Shown here in pieces: positions 49,278-61,438 of a stretch of DNA of 64,000 bases. Both the position numbers and the translations under genes were made by a program. Position 1 is the first letter of the stretch. Every line of letters starts with the position of its first letter. The notes beneath the pieces were generated by a model, which was given only the letters and a program-made list of their open reading frames with translations, ran no database searches and was not told the origin of the DNA. The stretch comes from Octopus sinensis (lineage: Eukaryota), in contig NC_043000.1 in the NCBI RefSeq assembly GCF_006345805.1, positions 17,112,001-17,176,000 on the forward strand. The letters run 5' to 3'.

Positions 49278-49280
<3 letters not shown>
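48966..49280 (+). mobile_element. SINE A truncated at (GATA)n (49280-49337)
   Basis: Matches family A head and body. Confidence 0.9.
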
Positions 49281-49338
<58 letters not shown>

Positions 49339-49340
49339 AC

Positions 49341-49418
49341 CCTCTTAAGTATGAAATAGCCAGGCTATGGAAAATTAATGTGAAGATAGTGCCAATTATT
49401 GTTGGGTCCTTAGGAAGT
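49341..49418 (+). pseudogene. RLE-type (R4/Dong-like) LINE C-terminal fragment
   Basis: Translates PLKYEIARLWKINVKIVPIIVGSLGS, matching 'L..EI.RLW...V.V.P.V.GALG'. Confidence 0.65.
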
Positions 49419-49461
49419 TAGAAATCGAGGCTATAAAGAGTGTTACCATTTTACTTAGTAA

Positions 49462-49858
49462 TTTTCTACTCTAGGCACAAGGCCCGAAATTTTTTGGAGA
49501 AGGAACCAGTCGATTGGATCGACCCCAGTACGCAATTGATACTTAATTTATCAATCCCGAAAGGATGAAAGGCAAAGTCGTCCTCGACAGAATTTGAACT
49601 CAGAACGTAAAGGCAGGCGAAATGCCTATTTCTTTACTACCCACAAGGGGCTAAACACAGAGAGGACAAACAAGGATATACAAACGGATTAAGTCGATTA
49701 CATCGACCTCAGTGCGTAACTGGCACTTAATTTATCGACCCCGAAAGCATGAAAGGCAAAGTCGACCTCGACGGAATTTGAACTCAGAACATAAAGACAG
49801 ACGAAATACCGCTAACAATTTCGCCCGGCGTCCTAACGTTTCTACCAGCTCACCTTCT
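49462..49858 (-). mobile_element. SINE D two-unit array whose last unit has an alternative tail
   Basis: Junction GAAATAG-GCATTTCG at ~49620-49635 on the minus strand; tail GGGCCTTGTGCCTAGAGTAGAAAA. Confidence 0.8.
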
Positions 49859-49945
49859 GCAAGAGAAATGATGGTAGTGATGTTACTGGTAGTCATTATA
49901 TTAGTAGTAATAATAATAATAATACTTTGATCGATGGCCTTCACA

Positions 49946-49987
49946 GTAGCAACGTTGATAATTTAGATACTGCTGCTGCTGCTGCTG

Positions 49988-50036
<49 letters not shown>

Positions 50037-50183
50037 CACTACTACTGCTGCTGCTGCTGCCGGACATACTGATACTCTGTTGCATGAAATTTCACTAGTG
50101 TGAGAGTAAGTCTCGTCTGTACTGCTCCTGAAATTCAATCATGTCGTATTGTTCTGAAAAAGGAAGTTGTTTAGACATGTGTC
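49946..50183. repeat. Direct repeat, copy 1 (copy 2 at 52863-53051)
   Basis: GTAGCAACGTTGATAATTTAGATACT-(CTA/CTG)n-...AGACATGTGTC is near-identical at both sites. Confidence 0.92.
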
Positions 50184-50432
50184 AACAGCTTTCTAAGCCA
50201 CTCAGGACGGGCTAAAATAGTAACTCCAACAAATAGCAGACTACTTATAAGAGACTTTCTCTCAAAGACTAACACAGATTAGCGGACTCTATAAGCAATT
50301 TGCAAAGGGCAATAACAAATCCCAACAGTTTCATACCCAGGTGTATTAAGCGATTTAAACAGTTTATGACACGTTTACCATTCATAGTAGATTATGTGGT
50401 GTTAAGTAAACGCTTATCATTACAAAAGATAT

Positions 50433-52090
50433 GTTTCTTTATTGACCACACAGGGCTGAACACAGAGGGTACAAAATACAAAGTAGAGCTTTTCTTTTCA
50501 GGAAGGGAAGAAAAAAAAAGGCGGGGTTGAATTTCGATCAAACGGGATCGTGGAAAGAAAAAAAAAGGGAGCCGATCAATAGGGATCATGTATCACAGAA
50601 ATGTCATAATGTAAAAGGAGAAACAAATTAGGTTTATCCGTGGAAAGAAAAGCTTACAGAAAATGCCACGGTAACCTCGGGTAATAATGTCATGCAATAA
50701 ACATATTACAATAAGTGACTCTCTATTTTCTTTTCTTTTTCTGGTTCATAGGATTATGTTCAAGGTGGCTCCGTCATTTACACTGCCATCCTTGCTACAT
50801 TCACCCATTTTGCTTTTTGAAACATCCACTGGACAAAGCTTCTCTCTCTACCTGTCTCTTCAAGTGATACTTGAAGAAGTTGAGAGATTCACCAAAGAGG
50901 AAAGTGTTTATCTCTAGATCTTTCAGATGCGCCCACCATACACATTCTTTCGTCATAGCCACAAGTACGATGAAAATGGCTCTTCTTTCCCGTTTCAAGG
51001 AAGGAGGCACGACAATATTCACAATAGACTCGGTTGATAAACTCACGCGTCCCATACGCGATAGCAGTAGTTCGACATAGGCCTATAGGTCGGAAATGGT
51101 TGGACACTGTACGAGTGCATGCAGAACGGTTTCGTCACTGTGACCGCATCTCGGGCAGGTCGACCCCGTGTTTCTCGATCCATGCCTGTAGAGCTTATCC
51201 TGAACGGGTAGCGATTCTCGATAGCACTGCCAGGCCAGGGATCTCTGGAAGTTGTCCATAGGTCCCGACCAAACCAGACCCCGAGCAACTCGACCGGACC
51301 ATCGGTCCAGCATCCCACGACAGAGGCGCTGCTGGACGGCATGGGCTTACTTCTCCAGGTGCCGAGCCGCTAGTCCACTGACTTTTCCCGGTTGATTTTC
51401 AGTCCTGTTACCGCTTTGTAGTCTTTCAGTGTGTGCCGACACGCTCGTCTCGCTTCCCAATTCTCGCGGGATGACCCTGAGCGTCGCCAGCTTCCGCAGT
51501 AGTGGCTCGAGAGTTAATACGTACAGAAACGACGAGAGGGGGCATCTCTGACGGACCGAACGTGCAATGTCGAAAGGTATCGATAGATGTCCACTCACGC
51601 AAATTACCGAACGGAGCCTCTGTACAAGGCAGCTATCCAGCCGCGGAAGACGGGACCGAAACCAGCCGCTATGAGAACAGCCTCCAAGTATCGATGGTCT
51701 ACCCTATCGAAAGCTTTGGATTGATCCAAATTTATCAAGATCCCACCCATGCCAGGTTCCTTAACTACCCTCTCTTTGATGTAGCGCATCAGATGGAGGT
51801 TGTCATGGATGCTCCGGCCCGGCACGGTGCACGTTTGCGCCTTGTCGACCAGTTTCTCGATGACAAGCACCAACCTCTTGGCTAACACCTTGGCCAAAAT
51901 TTTCAAGTTTGCATTGAGCAGAGTGATGGGCCTAAAGTTATCTGTTACGTCCCCCTTGTTTGGATCTTTCTTCTGCAGCTTTACGGCTCCTCGGCTGACA
52001 AAACGGGGGATGCTCCCGTTTTGCTGCCAGTTGCAGTACACCCCTGCCAAGACGTCTCCAAACAAGTCTGGCATACAACTGTAAAGCTCA
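50433..52090 (-). mobile_element. 5'-truncated, internally deleted Tx1/L1-clade LINE (RT, CCHC motif, 3' UTR)
   Basis: ORF 51604-52152 contains FRPITLLNANLKILAKVLAKRL and LDQSKAFDRVDHRYL; frameshifted continuations VRQRCPLSSFLYVLTLEP, LLGVWFG and CPRCGHSDETVLHALVQCP. Confidence 0.9.
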
Positions 52091-52105
52091 GAAGTTACAA
52101 ACATA

Positions 52106-52338
52106 TATTTCTTTACTACCCACAGAGGGCTAAACACAGAGGGGACAAACAAGGACAGACAAAGGGATTAAGTCGATTACATCGATCCAGTGCGTAACTG
52201 GTACTTAATTTATCGACCCCGAAAGGATAAAAGGCAAAGTCGACCTCGGCGGAATTTGAACCCAGAACGTAACGACAGACGAAATACGGCAACGCATTTC
52301 GCCCGGCGTGCTAACGTTTCTGCCAGCTCGCCGCCTTA
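52106..52338 (-). mobile_element. SINE D monomer
   Basis: Matches the D consensus. Confidence 0.93.
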
Positions 52339-52862
52339 GAATAGACAATAGGAAGAGTAAATTAATGCATAAAATAGATACTATTTATAGCAAAACAAAT
52401 AAAATAATCCAAATGACAATAAATAACTATTCTGAAAAAACAAAAACAAAAAAAAAACAACAACAACAAAAAACGCTAATTAGATGCAACAAACAATGAA
52501 CAAACACGTCTGTAAACATTCGAATGTTTATAATTATTCGCCTTAAAGTAGAAAGGTACGGTTTTAGAGAAAAGCAGTTTTTCTCAAAACGACGCATTTG
52601 AAAACAACCTACAAAAATTCGATAAAACAATACATGACAACAGCATGGAAGTGGATAAGGTGGTTGCTCATTAAAGAAGTATTTATAAACGATTTGGAAA
52701 CTCAGTTTTGAAAACGAAGTTAAGTCCGAAAGCTCTCTAGAATATGCATAGCTTTTGTTAATCTCGAATATCTTTGTTACACTTTTAATATATATAATAT
52801 TCTACAACGTGTACTTAAATACAAGTAGAAAGATATTATAAAATATTTATAAAACATGTTTT

Positions 52863-52884
52863 GTAGCAACGTTGATAATTTAGA

Positions 52885-52925
<41 letters not shown>

Positions 52926-53051
52926 TTGCCGAACATACTGATACTCTGTTGCATGAAATTTCACTAGTGTGAGAGCAAGTCTCGTCTGTACTGCTCCTGA
53001 AATTCAATCATGTCGTATTGTTCTGAAAAGGAAGTTGTTTAGACATGTGTC
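52863..53051. repeat. Direct repeat, copy 2
   Basis: See 49946-50183. Confidence 0.92.
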
Positions 53052-53163
53052 TGGTTTGGTCCGGACCTCCAAACTGGCCGGGACCTATGGACAACTTCCA
53101 GAGATCCCTGGCCTGGCAGTGCTATCGAGAAGCGCTACCCGTTCAGGATAAGCTCTATAAGCA
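53050..53163 (+). mobile_element. Inverted fragment of the Tx1 LINE
   Basis: Reverse complement of ~51188-51280 (GGACCTATGGACAACTTCCAGAGATCCCTGGCCTGGCAG...). Confidence 0.85.
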
Positions 53164-53214
53164 TACATAAATGTCTAACAAAAATTTTTAGTGAAGAATA
53201 TTTCTTTTAAAGCT

Positions 53215-53484
53215 TGTTATTTATTCTATCGGTGATTTTGCCGAACCGTTAGGTTACGGGGACGTACACACACCAACACCGGTTGTCAAGCGATGTTGGG
53301 GACAAAAAAAATCACACACACGACGAGTTTCTTTCGGTTTTCGTCTACCAAATCCATTCACAAACGCTTTGGTCGGTCCGAGGTTAGAGTAGAACACACT
53401 TGCCAAAGGTGTCACAAATAGGAACTGAACCAGGGACCAATTGGTTGGGAAGCAAACTTCTTTTCACACAGCCACGCCTGCTCC
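53215..53484 (-). mobile_element. Divergent SINE A
   Basis: Family A body and head. Confidence 0.75.
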
Positions 53485-53489
53485 TAAGG

Positions 53490-54410
53490 GAAATTTAATA
53501 CAAACAGTTACAAAATACCAACAAACAAAACAATGTTTTCTGTTTTCAAGGAAGCCGATACATTCAAAACAGAAGCTGTCATATATCGACAGTTATGAAG
53601 AGAAAGAAGATACTACCACGGAAATTGAGTAAAAACCAAGCAGCCAAGCTTAAAATCGGACTACAGAATATCCTATAAATCGATGGCACCAAAAGCTCCC
53701 ACATTAATCAATGATCTACCCCCATAACTTTAAATAGGTACCACGGTGAAAATACACGAAGAAAATTTGCAACAGTGACTGAGAAGGAGTGTTTATTGTG
53801 GCACAGAATCAAAGCTGTCCCACCAGAAACTACCAAATGTATCTAGTAAAGCAAAATGGACTAACAGTAAAATATGTGTAAGTTGAGAAGAAACAATTGT
53901 CTCTAACTTTCCTAGTTTTTCCACGAAAAATACATTTGCAGGCGTGACAGAGTTGTGGCTTTCATACTGTGCAAGTTGAAATACTAACAGAGACGTAGTA
54001 ATATTAACATACACCAGAAAAAGGTCTCAGAGAAAGTCAAAGCAGCCGTAATTTGGAATGTGGCAAGCAGATCAAAGCTAACCTGCCAGATATTGTTCTC
54101 GAGGACTACCAGGAAGGAAAGAACCTCCTAATCGAAGTATCAGTCCCAAAAAGACGGTAATTTATCTCACAAAGAAACGAAGAAATTATCATCGAAGTAT
54201 ACCCACAAGCAACCTGAAAGTGGGGTGTGAAAACAGAAGCAATGACTCTAATGTCTGGTGTCTTACAAACGAAGACAGGGATACACAACATACAGAAGAC
54301 TACACATTAAATAAATTAGACAGAACCCACTCCACCGCCCCACAAAACCTCACAAAAGCAAAGCAAGACATAGTACATACTCAAGACGCACAGAACAGCA
54401 TTCGATAACT
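53490..54410 (+). pseudogene. Decayed RLE-type non-LTR retrotransposon (R4/Dong-like) C-terminal region
   Basis: Frameshifted motifs RWHQKLPH, VAQNQSCPTRNY, KYICRRDRVV and QIKANLPDIVLEDYQEGKNLLIEVSVP/KDGNLSHKETKKL (PD..D/E endonuclease region). Confidence 0.8.
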
Positions 54411-54533
54411 AGAGACCGATAAAATAAGTACTGGGTCACTATGAACCTATTTGCCGCAACATCTCTGACACCTAATGATTAGAATAATAAAAAGTAAAAT
54501 TAAATTAATTACACACATAGATACATCATATAC

Positions 54534-54586
<53 letters not shown>

Positions 54587-54589
54587 GAG

Positions 54590-54713
54590 AGATAGACAGA
54601 TAGATAAGATAGATAAGATAGATAGATAATAGATAGATAGATAAGATAGATCAGATAGATAAATAAGATAGATAGATAGATAGATGATAGATAATAGACA
54701 GATAGATAGATAT
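54590..54713. repeat. (GATA)n-type array, left flank of Tx1 copy 2
   Basis: Directly visible. Confidence 0.93.
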
Positions 54714-56025
54714 GTTTCTTTATAGCCACACAGGCCTGCACACAGATAGAACAAATTACAAGGTAGAGCTTTTCTTTTGAAGGTTTAAAAAAAAAAAGGA
54801 GGGGGAGTTTCGATCAAAAGGGATCGTAAAAGGAGAGAATAGGACAAAAAGGGGGGTTAAAAAAAAAGGGGGAGAGGGAAAAAAAAAAAAATTTTATCAA
54901 TAGGGATCGTTATCACAGAAATGTCAATATGAGTGTAAAGGGGAGGACAGGTGAGGTTTACCCGTGGAAAGAAAGCCTACGGAAAAGACCACGGTAACCT
55001 CGTCAATGGAGTCACATGTTATATTTCTTTTTTTTTTTTTTTTGCAAATAGCAACTCTCTGTTTTCAATTTCTGGGTTCATAGGATCATGTTCAAGGTGG
55101 CTTCGTCATTCATACGTGCATTCTTGCGACATTCACCATCTTTTTTTAAAACATTCGCTAGACAAAACTTGCCTCTCTACTCTCACTTTCCTTTTCAAGT
55201 GTACTTGAAGAAGTTGATGAGAGATTGACCAGAGAGAAGTGTTTGTCTCCATCCTTTCAGACGCGTCCACCAGATACATTCTTTCGCCATAGCCACAAGG
55301 ATGATGAAAATAGCTCTTCCTTCCCGTTTGAAGGAGGGAGGCGTGACAATATTAACGATAGACTCAGCTGATAAACCGACTCGTCCCACACGTGACGCAG
55401 TTGTTCGACACAAGCCCACAGGTCGGAATTGTTGGACACTGCACGAGTGCGTGCAGAACGGTTTCGTCGTCGCTCTGACCGCATCTCGGGCAGGTCGGCC
55501 CGTGTTTCTCGAGCCGTGTCTGTAGAGCTTATCCGAACGGGTAGCGCTTCTCGGTAGCACTGCCAGGCCAGGGATCTCTGAAGTTGTCCATGGCGCCTGG
55601 CCCGAAAGTTGTCCTGAACAGGCGGTCAGGTACTCCTCGTCGACGTCCAGGTTCGCCCCGAGCTCATCGTCGTACCTCCCCTCCACTAAACCCCTATATA
55701 ATGCTTTGTTGTGTTGAAGTCACTCAAGGTCGACCCAGGACGGCAGATTTGCTTGAGAGCACGCGACACTCGCGGTGCCATTCGCCCTTCTTCGGCCTCT
55801 TTTTTGATCCACGACTGCAGTTCGGTCATGGAGACGAGCTGCGGGAAAGCGTGCCTCACAAACGGCGACCCAAACTTTTCACCGTCGTCTACATAGAGCC
55901 AGAGATGTCGCAGTCTCAGCGCGTGTCTGCGCATCATCACCACGGCAGCCCAGCCCTCCTTCCAGCCTCCTTTAACGGTGTTGACAGCAAATGGATCGCC
56001 TGACCATCGGACGCATCCTTTCCAC

Positions 56026-56026
<1 letters not shown>
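54714..56026 (-). mobile_element. 5'-truncated Tx1/L1-clade LINE, copy 2 (post-RT region, CCHC motif, 3' UTR)
   Basis: TCPRCGQSDDETVLHALVQCP at ~55434-55497; AMAKECIWWTRLKG; 3' UTR homologous to 50433-50700. Confidence 0.88.
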
Positions 56027-56059
<33 letters not shown>

Positions 56060-56325
56060 AGATAGAATAGATAGATAGATGATAGATTAGATAGATAAGA
56101 AGATAGATAGATAAGATAGATAGATAGATAAGAATACGATAGATAAGATAGATAGATAAGATGGATAGATAAGATAGATCAGATAGATAATAAGATAGAT
56201 AGATAGATAGATGATAAGATCATAGATAGATAAGATGGATAGATAAGATAGATCAGATAGATAAATAAGATAGATAAGATAGATAGATATATATCATAAG
56301 ATAGATAATAGATAAAGGATAGATT

Positions 56326-56357
<32 letters not shown>

Positions 56358-56464
56358 GATAGATAGATAGATAAGAATAGATAGATAGATAGATAGATAG
56401 ATGATAGATAGATAGATAGATAAGATAGATAATAGATAGATAGAATAGATAGATAGATAGATAG

Positions 56465-56497
<33 letters not shown>

Positions 56498-56617
56498 TGA
56501 TAGATAGATAGATAAGATAGATAGATAAGATAAGATAGATAGATAAGATAGATAGATAAGATAGATAGATAGATAAGATAGATAGATAAGATAGATAGAT
56601 AGATAGATAGATAGATG
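56027..56617. repeat. Degenerate (GATA)/(GATAA)n array, right flank of Tx1 copy 2
   Basis: Directly visible. Confidence 0.95.
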
Positions 56618-56938
56618 TGTGGTGAGGAAGTTAGCTTTACAAGCACTTAGTTTCGAGTTTGTTCCCACTGATGCTATTATTGAGACACTTGCCCAAGGTG
56701 TCACAGCAATGCACTTTGTTCTTGCCATGTGCTTTCTAATATATCTTCAGGTTACCCAATGCCTTTGTGTAGGAAATTTGGCAGGCGAAACTCCCGTGGA
56801 AACTCCTTATATATGTATGCGTGTGGGGGTGGGGTCGCGTGAATATATGCATGTCTGTACATAGGTATGTACGTAAGTATATATCTGTACGCATGTATGT
56901 GTCTGTTTGTGTACTATATACGAGAGTGATTGAATGAA

Positions 56939-56988
<50 letters not shown>

Positions 56989-57523
56989 CGAGAGAAGGAG
57001 AGAGAGAAAGAGAGAGAGAAAGGGAAAAAGAGACAAATGACATGAAGACATATAAAAACATCAAAGGAACTAATAATATTGGTTAATTTGGTTCGGAGAA
57101 ACTAATTATATTGAACATGGCGTTAGAGATTGACCTTGTGTGACCTCTTTATTTCATTGTTCTTACACACACACACACATACACAAACACACACACACAC
57201 ATACATCGAAGTATATACATATACTAATACCGATCACATACGAATACATACAGACATGGAAAACACACTCCAACATCAACATATCTACACTCACCAATTA
57301 CACAAACACCCAAGGACACTTAGTTATACAAACATACACACACATCTATCGATACGTGTCCATGTTAGTGTGTGTGTGTGTGTGTGTGTGCTCGCATGCA
57401 TGTGAGTTTATGTGCGCATGCCTATGTATTTGTGTACGTGAGTTTATACGTATGCGAGTGCGTGTGTATTTGAGTGTGTGTCTATATTCATTATTACACC
57501 ATAGCAATATACCCCATCTCTCA

Positions 57524-57558
<35 letters not shown>

Positions 57559-57588
57559 TTCTCTCTTCTCTCTCTCTCTTTCTCTCTC

Positions 57589-57628
<40 letters not shown>

Positions 57629-58277
57629 ACCCTCTCTCTCTCTCTCTCAGCATACCCTCCTTACCGAGGATGCTTCCAAGTTTCCAAGGTTATTTCATCG
57701 CCACGGGACATTCACAAATGAATTTCATTGATGTGGAAAAAAGAGTCGCGAGTTCGCCCCTAACTCGGTGCTTCGTCTTAAAAGCTTCGGTATTAATTAA
57801 TGAGACAATTACGTTAAGATGAGGAGAAGCTCGTCAAACTGCAGAGATATTCTGGTGACGCTGTCTGTCATGATCCGCCTGGATATAGAGTTTGTAGTTT
57901 AAACAGGGTGTTCGGCTAAATTTGACAGTTTGGTAATAAAAGTATTTTCAAAGTATTAAATAATAGCATCTAGATAACAATACGCTCAAAGTAACTGCCC
58001 TCAGCTTCCACTGAGACCTCAAGACAGCTCCAGAAGCTATAGAATGTAAAAGTCGTAATCTATAATGTAGAATTCATAGTCTGTTAAGACAGGGTTTCTA
58101 GTCTACATATGTATGGCTTGTAGTCTATATATGAAGGCATTATAGTTTAAATATAAGATTTGCAGTCTATAGGGGTTGTTGCATTTGAATGTAGGGTTTG
58201 TAGTTTGTGAATGTAGGGTTCGTATCAATAAATATAGCGCTTGTATTTTATAGATGTCGAGTTTATTGTCTGTCAAA

Positions 58278-58663
58278 GTGGAGGCGCAATGGCCCAGTGG
58301 TTAGGGCAGCGAACTCGCGGTCATAGGATCGCGGTTTCGATTCCCAGACCGGGCGTTGTGAGTGTTTATTGAGCGAAAACACCTAAAAGCTCCACGAGGC
58401 TCCGGCAGGGGATGGTGGTGATCCCTGTTGTACTCTTTCACCACAACTTTCTCTCACTCTTACTTCCTGTTTCTGTTGTACCTGTATGTCAAAGAGTCAG
58501 CCTTGTCACTCTCTGTGTCACGCTGAATATCCATGAGAACTACGTTAAGGGTGCACGTGTCTGTGGAGTGCTCAGCCACTTACACGTTAATTTCACGAGC
58601 AGGCTGTTCCGTTGATTCGGATCAACCGGAACCCTCATTGTCGTAACCGACGGAGTGCTTCCA
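58278..58663 (+). mobile_element. SINE B
   Basis: 11-bp TSD TATTGTCTGTC at 58264-58274 and 58664-58674. Confidence 0.95.
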
Positions 58664-58823
58664 TATTGTCTGTCTAAATAACGATGTAAGTTGTAGTCTA
58701 GAGCTACAACATTACGTAGTCTGTAATTAAAGACAGCCAAACAATATTTGGCATTAGTTAGAGGATCTGTTAGTACACAAGTTTCAAACTCGAAAATATT
58801 ACTGTTAAAAATATTAACAATTA

Positions 58824-59310
58824 AAGGCGGCGAGCTGGCAGAAACGTTAGCACGCCGGGCGAAATGCGGAGCCGCTACGTTCTGAGTTCAAATTCCGCCG
58901 AGGTCGATTTTGCCTTTCATCCTTTCGGGGTGGATTAAATAAGTACCAGTTACGCACTTGTTTCTATGTAATCGACTTAAGCCCTTTGTCTATCCTTGTT
59001 TGACCTCTCTGTGTTTAGCCCCTTGTGGGTAGTAAAGAAATAGAAATAGGTATTTCGTCTGCCGCTACGTTCTGAGTTCAAATTCCGCCGAGGTCGACTT
59101 TGCTTTTCATCCTTTCGGGGTCGATAAATTAAGTACCAGTTACGCACGGGGGTCGATATAATCGACTTAATCGGTCTGTCTGCCCTTGTTTTTCTCCCTG
59201 TGTTTAGCCCCTTGTGGGTAGTAAAGAAATAGGTATTTCGTCCGTCTTTACATTCTGAGCTCAACTTTGTCTTTCATCCTTTCTGGGTCGATAAAATAAA
59301 TACTAGTTGA
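58824..59310 (+). mobile_element. SINE D three-unit array (last unit partial)
   Basis: Junctions GAAATAG-GTATTTCG at ~59050 and ~59232. Confidence 0.9.
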
Positions 59311-59314
59311 GCAC

Positions 59315-59354
<40 letters not shown>

Positions 59355-59809
59355 AGAGGGGTGTCGACATTACTGGCATTGTGCCAAAATTTGAAACCAA
59401 TATTGCTGCAACAGTTGAAGCATAAAGAGGACATTAAAATTAAGTCAAAGAACGACGTGGGAGATAACATCCACTATTTATAGAGACCCGCCATATTCAC
59501 CATGTAGGATGAGCGAGGAACAAAAAAGAGACATCATCATCATCATCATCAACAACAATATAATGATGATGGTGATGATGATCATCGTCTCCACTTCGCT
59601 GTTATACAATTTCCAACTTCAAATAGCAATTATTCAATCAACTGCTTTTCCTCCGACCGTAGTCAAAAATATATTGATCTGATTTGGTTATTTTTATTTT
59701 ATATTTCCTACAAAACCATTTTCAATAAATCCCTGAAAATATCAAAATTATGTTTTTAGATATTCTGAATTTTATCCTTTTTGAAATTAATTAAATTATC
59801 AACGGGAAT

Positions 59810-59855
59810 TGGCTGGTTGGTCCAATAATAATGATGGTGATGATGATGATGATGA

Positions 59856-59887
<32 letters not shown>

Positions 59888-60045
59888 CAACAACGACTAT
59901 GTTGATGATGATGTGGATGATGATGATGATGATGATGATGACGACAACAACGACTATGTTGATGATGATGTGGATGATGATGATGGTGATATGATGATGA
60001 TGATGATGATGACGACGACGACGACGACGATGACGGTAATGACGA
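59810..60045. repeat. (GAT)n array with an internal ~57-bp duplication
   Basis: ACAACAACGACTATGTTGATGATGATGTGG occurs twice. Confidence 0.92.
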
Positions 60046-60175
60046 AGGTGATTTCTTTTATTAGCCACAGGGGCTTGGATGAGGAAGACATCACAAGGAC
60101 AGTCAACAATTTGTGTGGGAATTCACATAAAAGATGAAAAACCGGTGAAATGCGATAAAAGAATACACAGTATGT

Positions 60176-60509
60176 GAGACCCCCTTCGGTCATGACTGAC
60201 CGTGGGATTGCACCTACAAAGTTACCCTCCCAGGTACAAGTCCGGGCAAGGTTGTTTATGGAAGACCAGCTGTCGCCCATGCATACCGGCCTCCCCTCTC
60301 GACGCCACCAGTGTTATCCAAGGGAAAGGCAAAGGGGCCAATACAGCTTGGCACCTGTGACGTCGCAACTCATTTCTACAGCTGAGTGAACTGGAGCAAC
60401 GTGAAATAAAGTGCGTTGCTCAAGAACACAACACACAGCCGGGTCCGGGATTCGAACTCACAACCTCACGATCGTAAGTTCGACACTCTAACCACTGAGC
60501 CATGCGCCT
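60176..60509 (-). mobile_element. SINE C, full length
   Basis: A/B-box head; ACACAGTAT flanks both sides (probable TSD). Confidence 0.92.
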
Positions 60510-60689
60510 ACACTCACACAGTATACAAAGTATGTAATAACATGAGTGATGCAGCCCTCCTGATACAGGAAAAACTCCAGCTAGGGCCAATCAAGGAACT
60601 CCGCAGATCCAGGATTATCATGACCACCAAAGGCACGAACCCTCTCCCAATTGTTGCTCTCCAATCTATAAGCGCGTGCTTACAGCAGG

Positions 60690-60845
60690 GCCATTATTCG
60701 CTCTAATCATTTTTGCCAGAGTCACCCGTCTTTTCACAAATTCACTGAAAGGTAGCACTTCCTTCTCCCACCTCACTTTCCTTTCCAAGTGAAACTTAAA
60801 AAGGTCGATAAGGACTTGACCGGGGAGGAAGATATCTTTCGCAGG
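60690..60845 (-). pseudogene. C-terminal fragment of a related Tx1-clade ORF2
   Basis: FLPGQVLIDLFKFHLERKVRWEKEVL aligns by eye with LLSGQSLINFFKY and FGESLNFFKYHLKRQV in the two Tx1 copies. Confidence 0.6.
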
Positions 60846-61438
60846 TACAAGGCCTGGAATTTCGTGGGAGGAACTAGTCGAGTACATCAATCTCAGTGCT
60901 TGACTGGTACTTAAATTATCGATCCTAAAAGGACTAAAGACAAAGTCGACCTAGGCGATATTTATACTCAGAATGTAAAGTCAGATGAAATGCTACAAAG
61001 GTGATGACGACGACGACGACGACGATGTTGATGATGATGATGATGATGATGATGATGACCACGACAAGGAGGAGAATTTTAACAATGCTATAAGATTACA
61101 TATTTTGAAGAAAGTTGGGAAGTCGATTTAATCGTTGAGCTTGAGTAGCATAGCAATTTTTTCGACTGCTGAAGAATGAAAGGCAAAGTTGATCCCTGCG
61201 GGATTTGAACGTAAAACAGAAAGTGAGACGCGAACACGGTTGTTCTGGTTCGATTTTCCTTAGATATAGTTACTCTTTTTTCAAAGAATATCAACAATAA
61301 TAAGCAACAACAGCAAATTTTATGAGGATAAAAGGGCTTATTTCGCTCCTTTAAAAAATAAAGCGGTGAATTGAATTGGCGTTTAAGAAATCCAGCTTAC
61401 AGTATGTGTCGGAATTAGGACAATGTATGCTTATTGAT

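Noticed and set aside
49990-50183. Possible minus-strand terminal exon (TTCCTTTTCAG then QYDMIEFQEQYRRDLLSH*)
   Set aside because: Short, duplicated, with no upstream partner exon or recognisable homology.
58080-58260. Minus-strand KPYIC-like peptides suggesting C2H2 zinc fingers
   Set aside because: Degenerate ~22-bp repeat with no 84-bp period and no C-x2-C...H-x3-H pattern.
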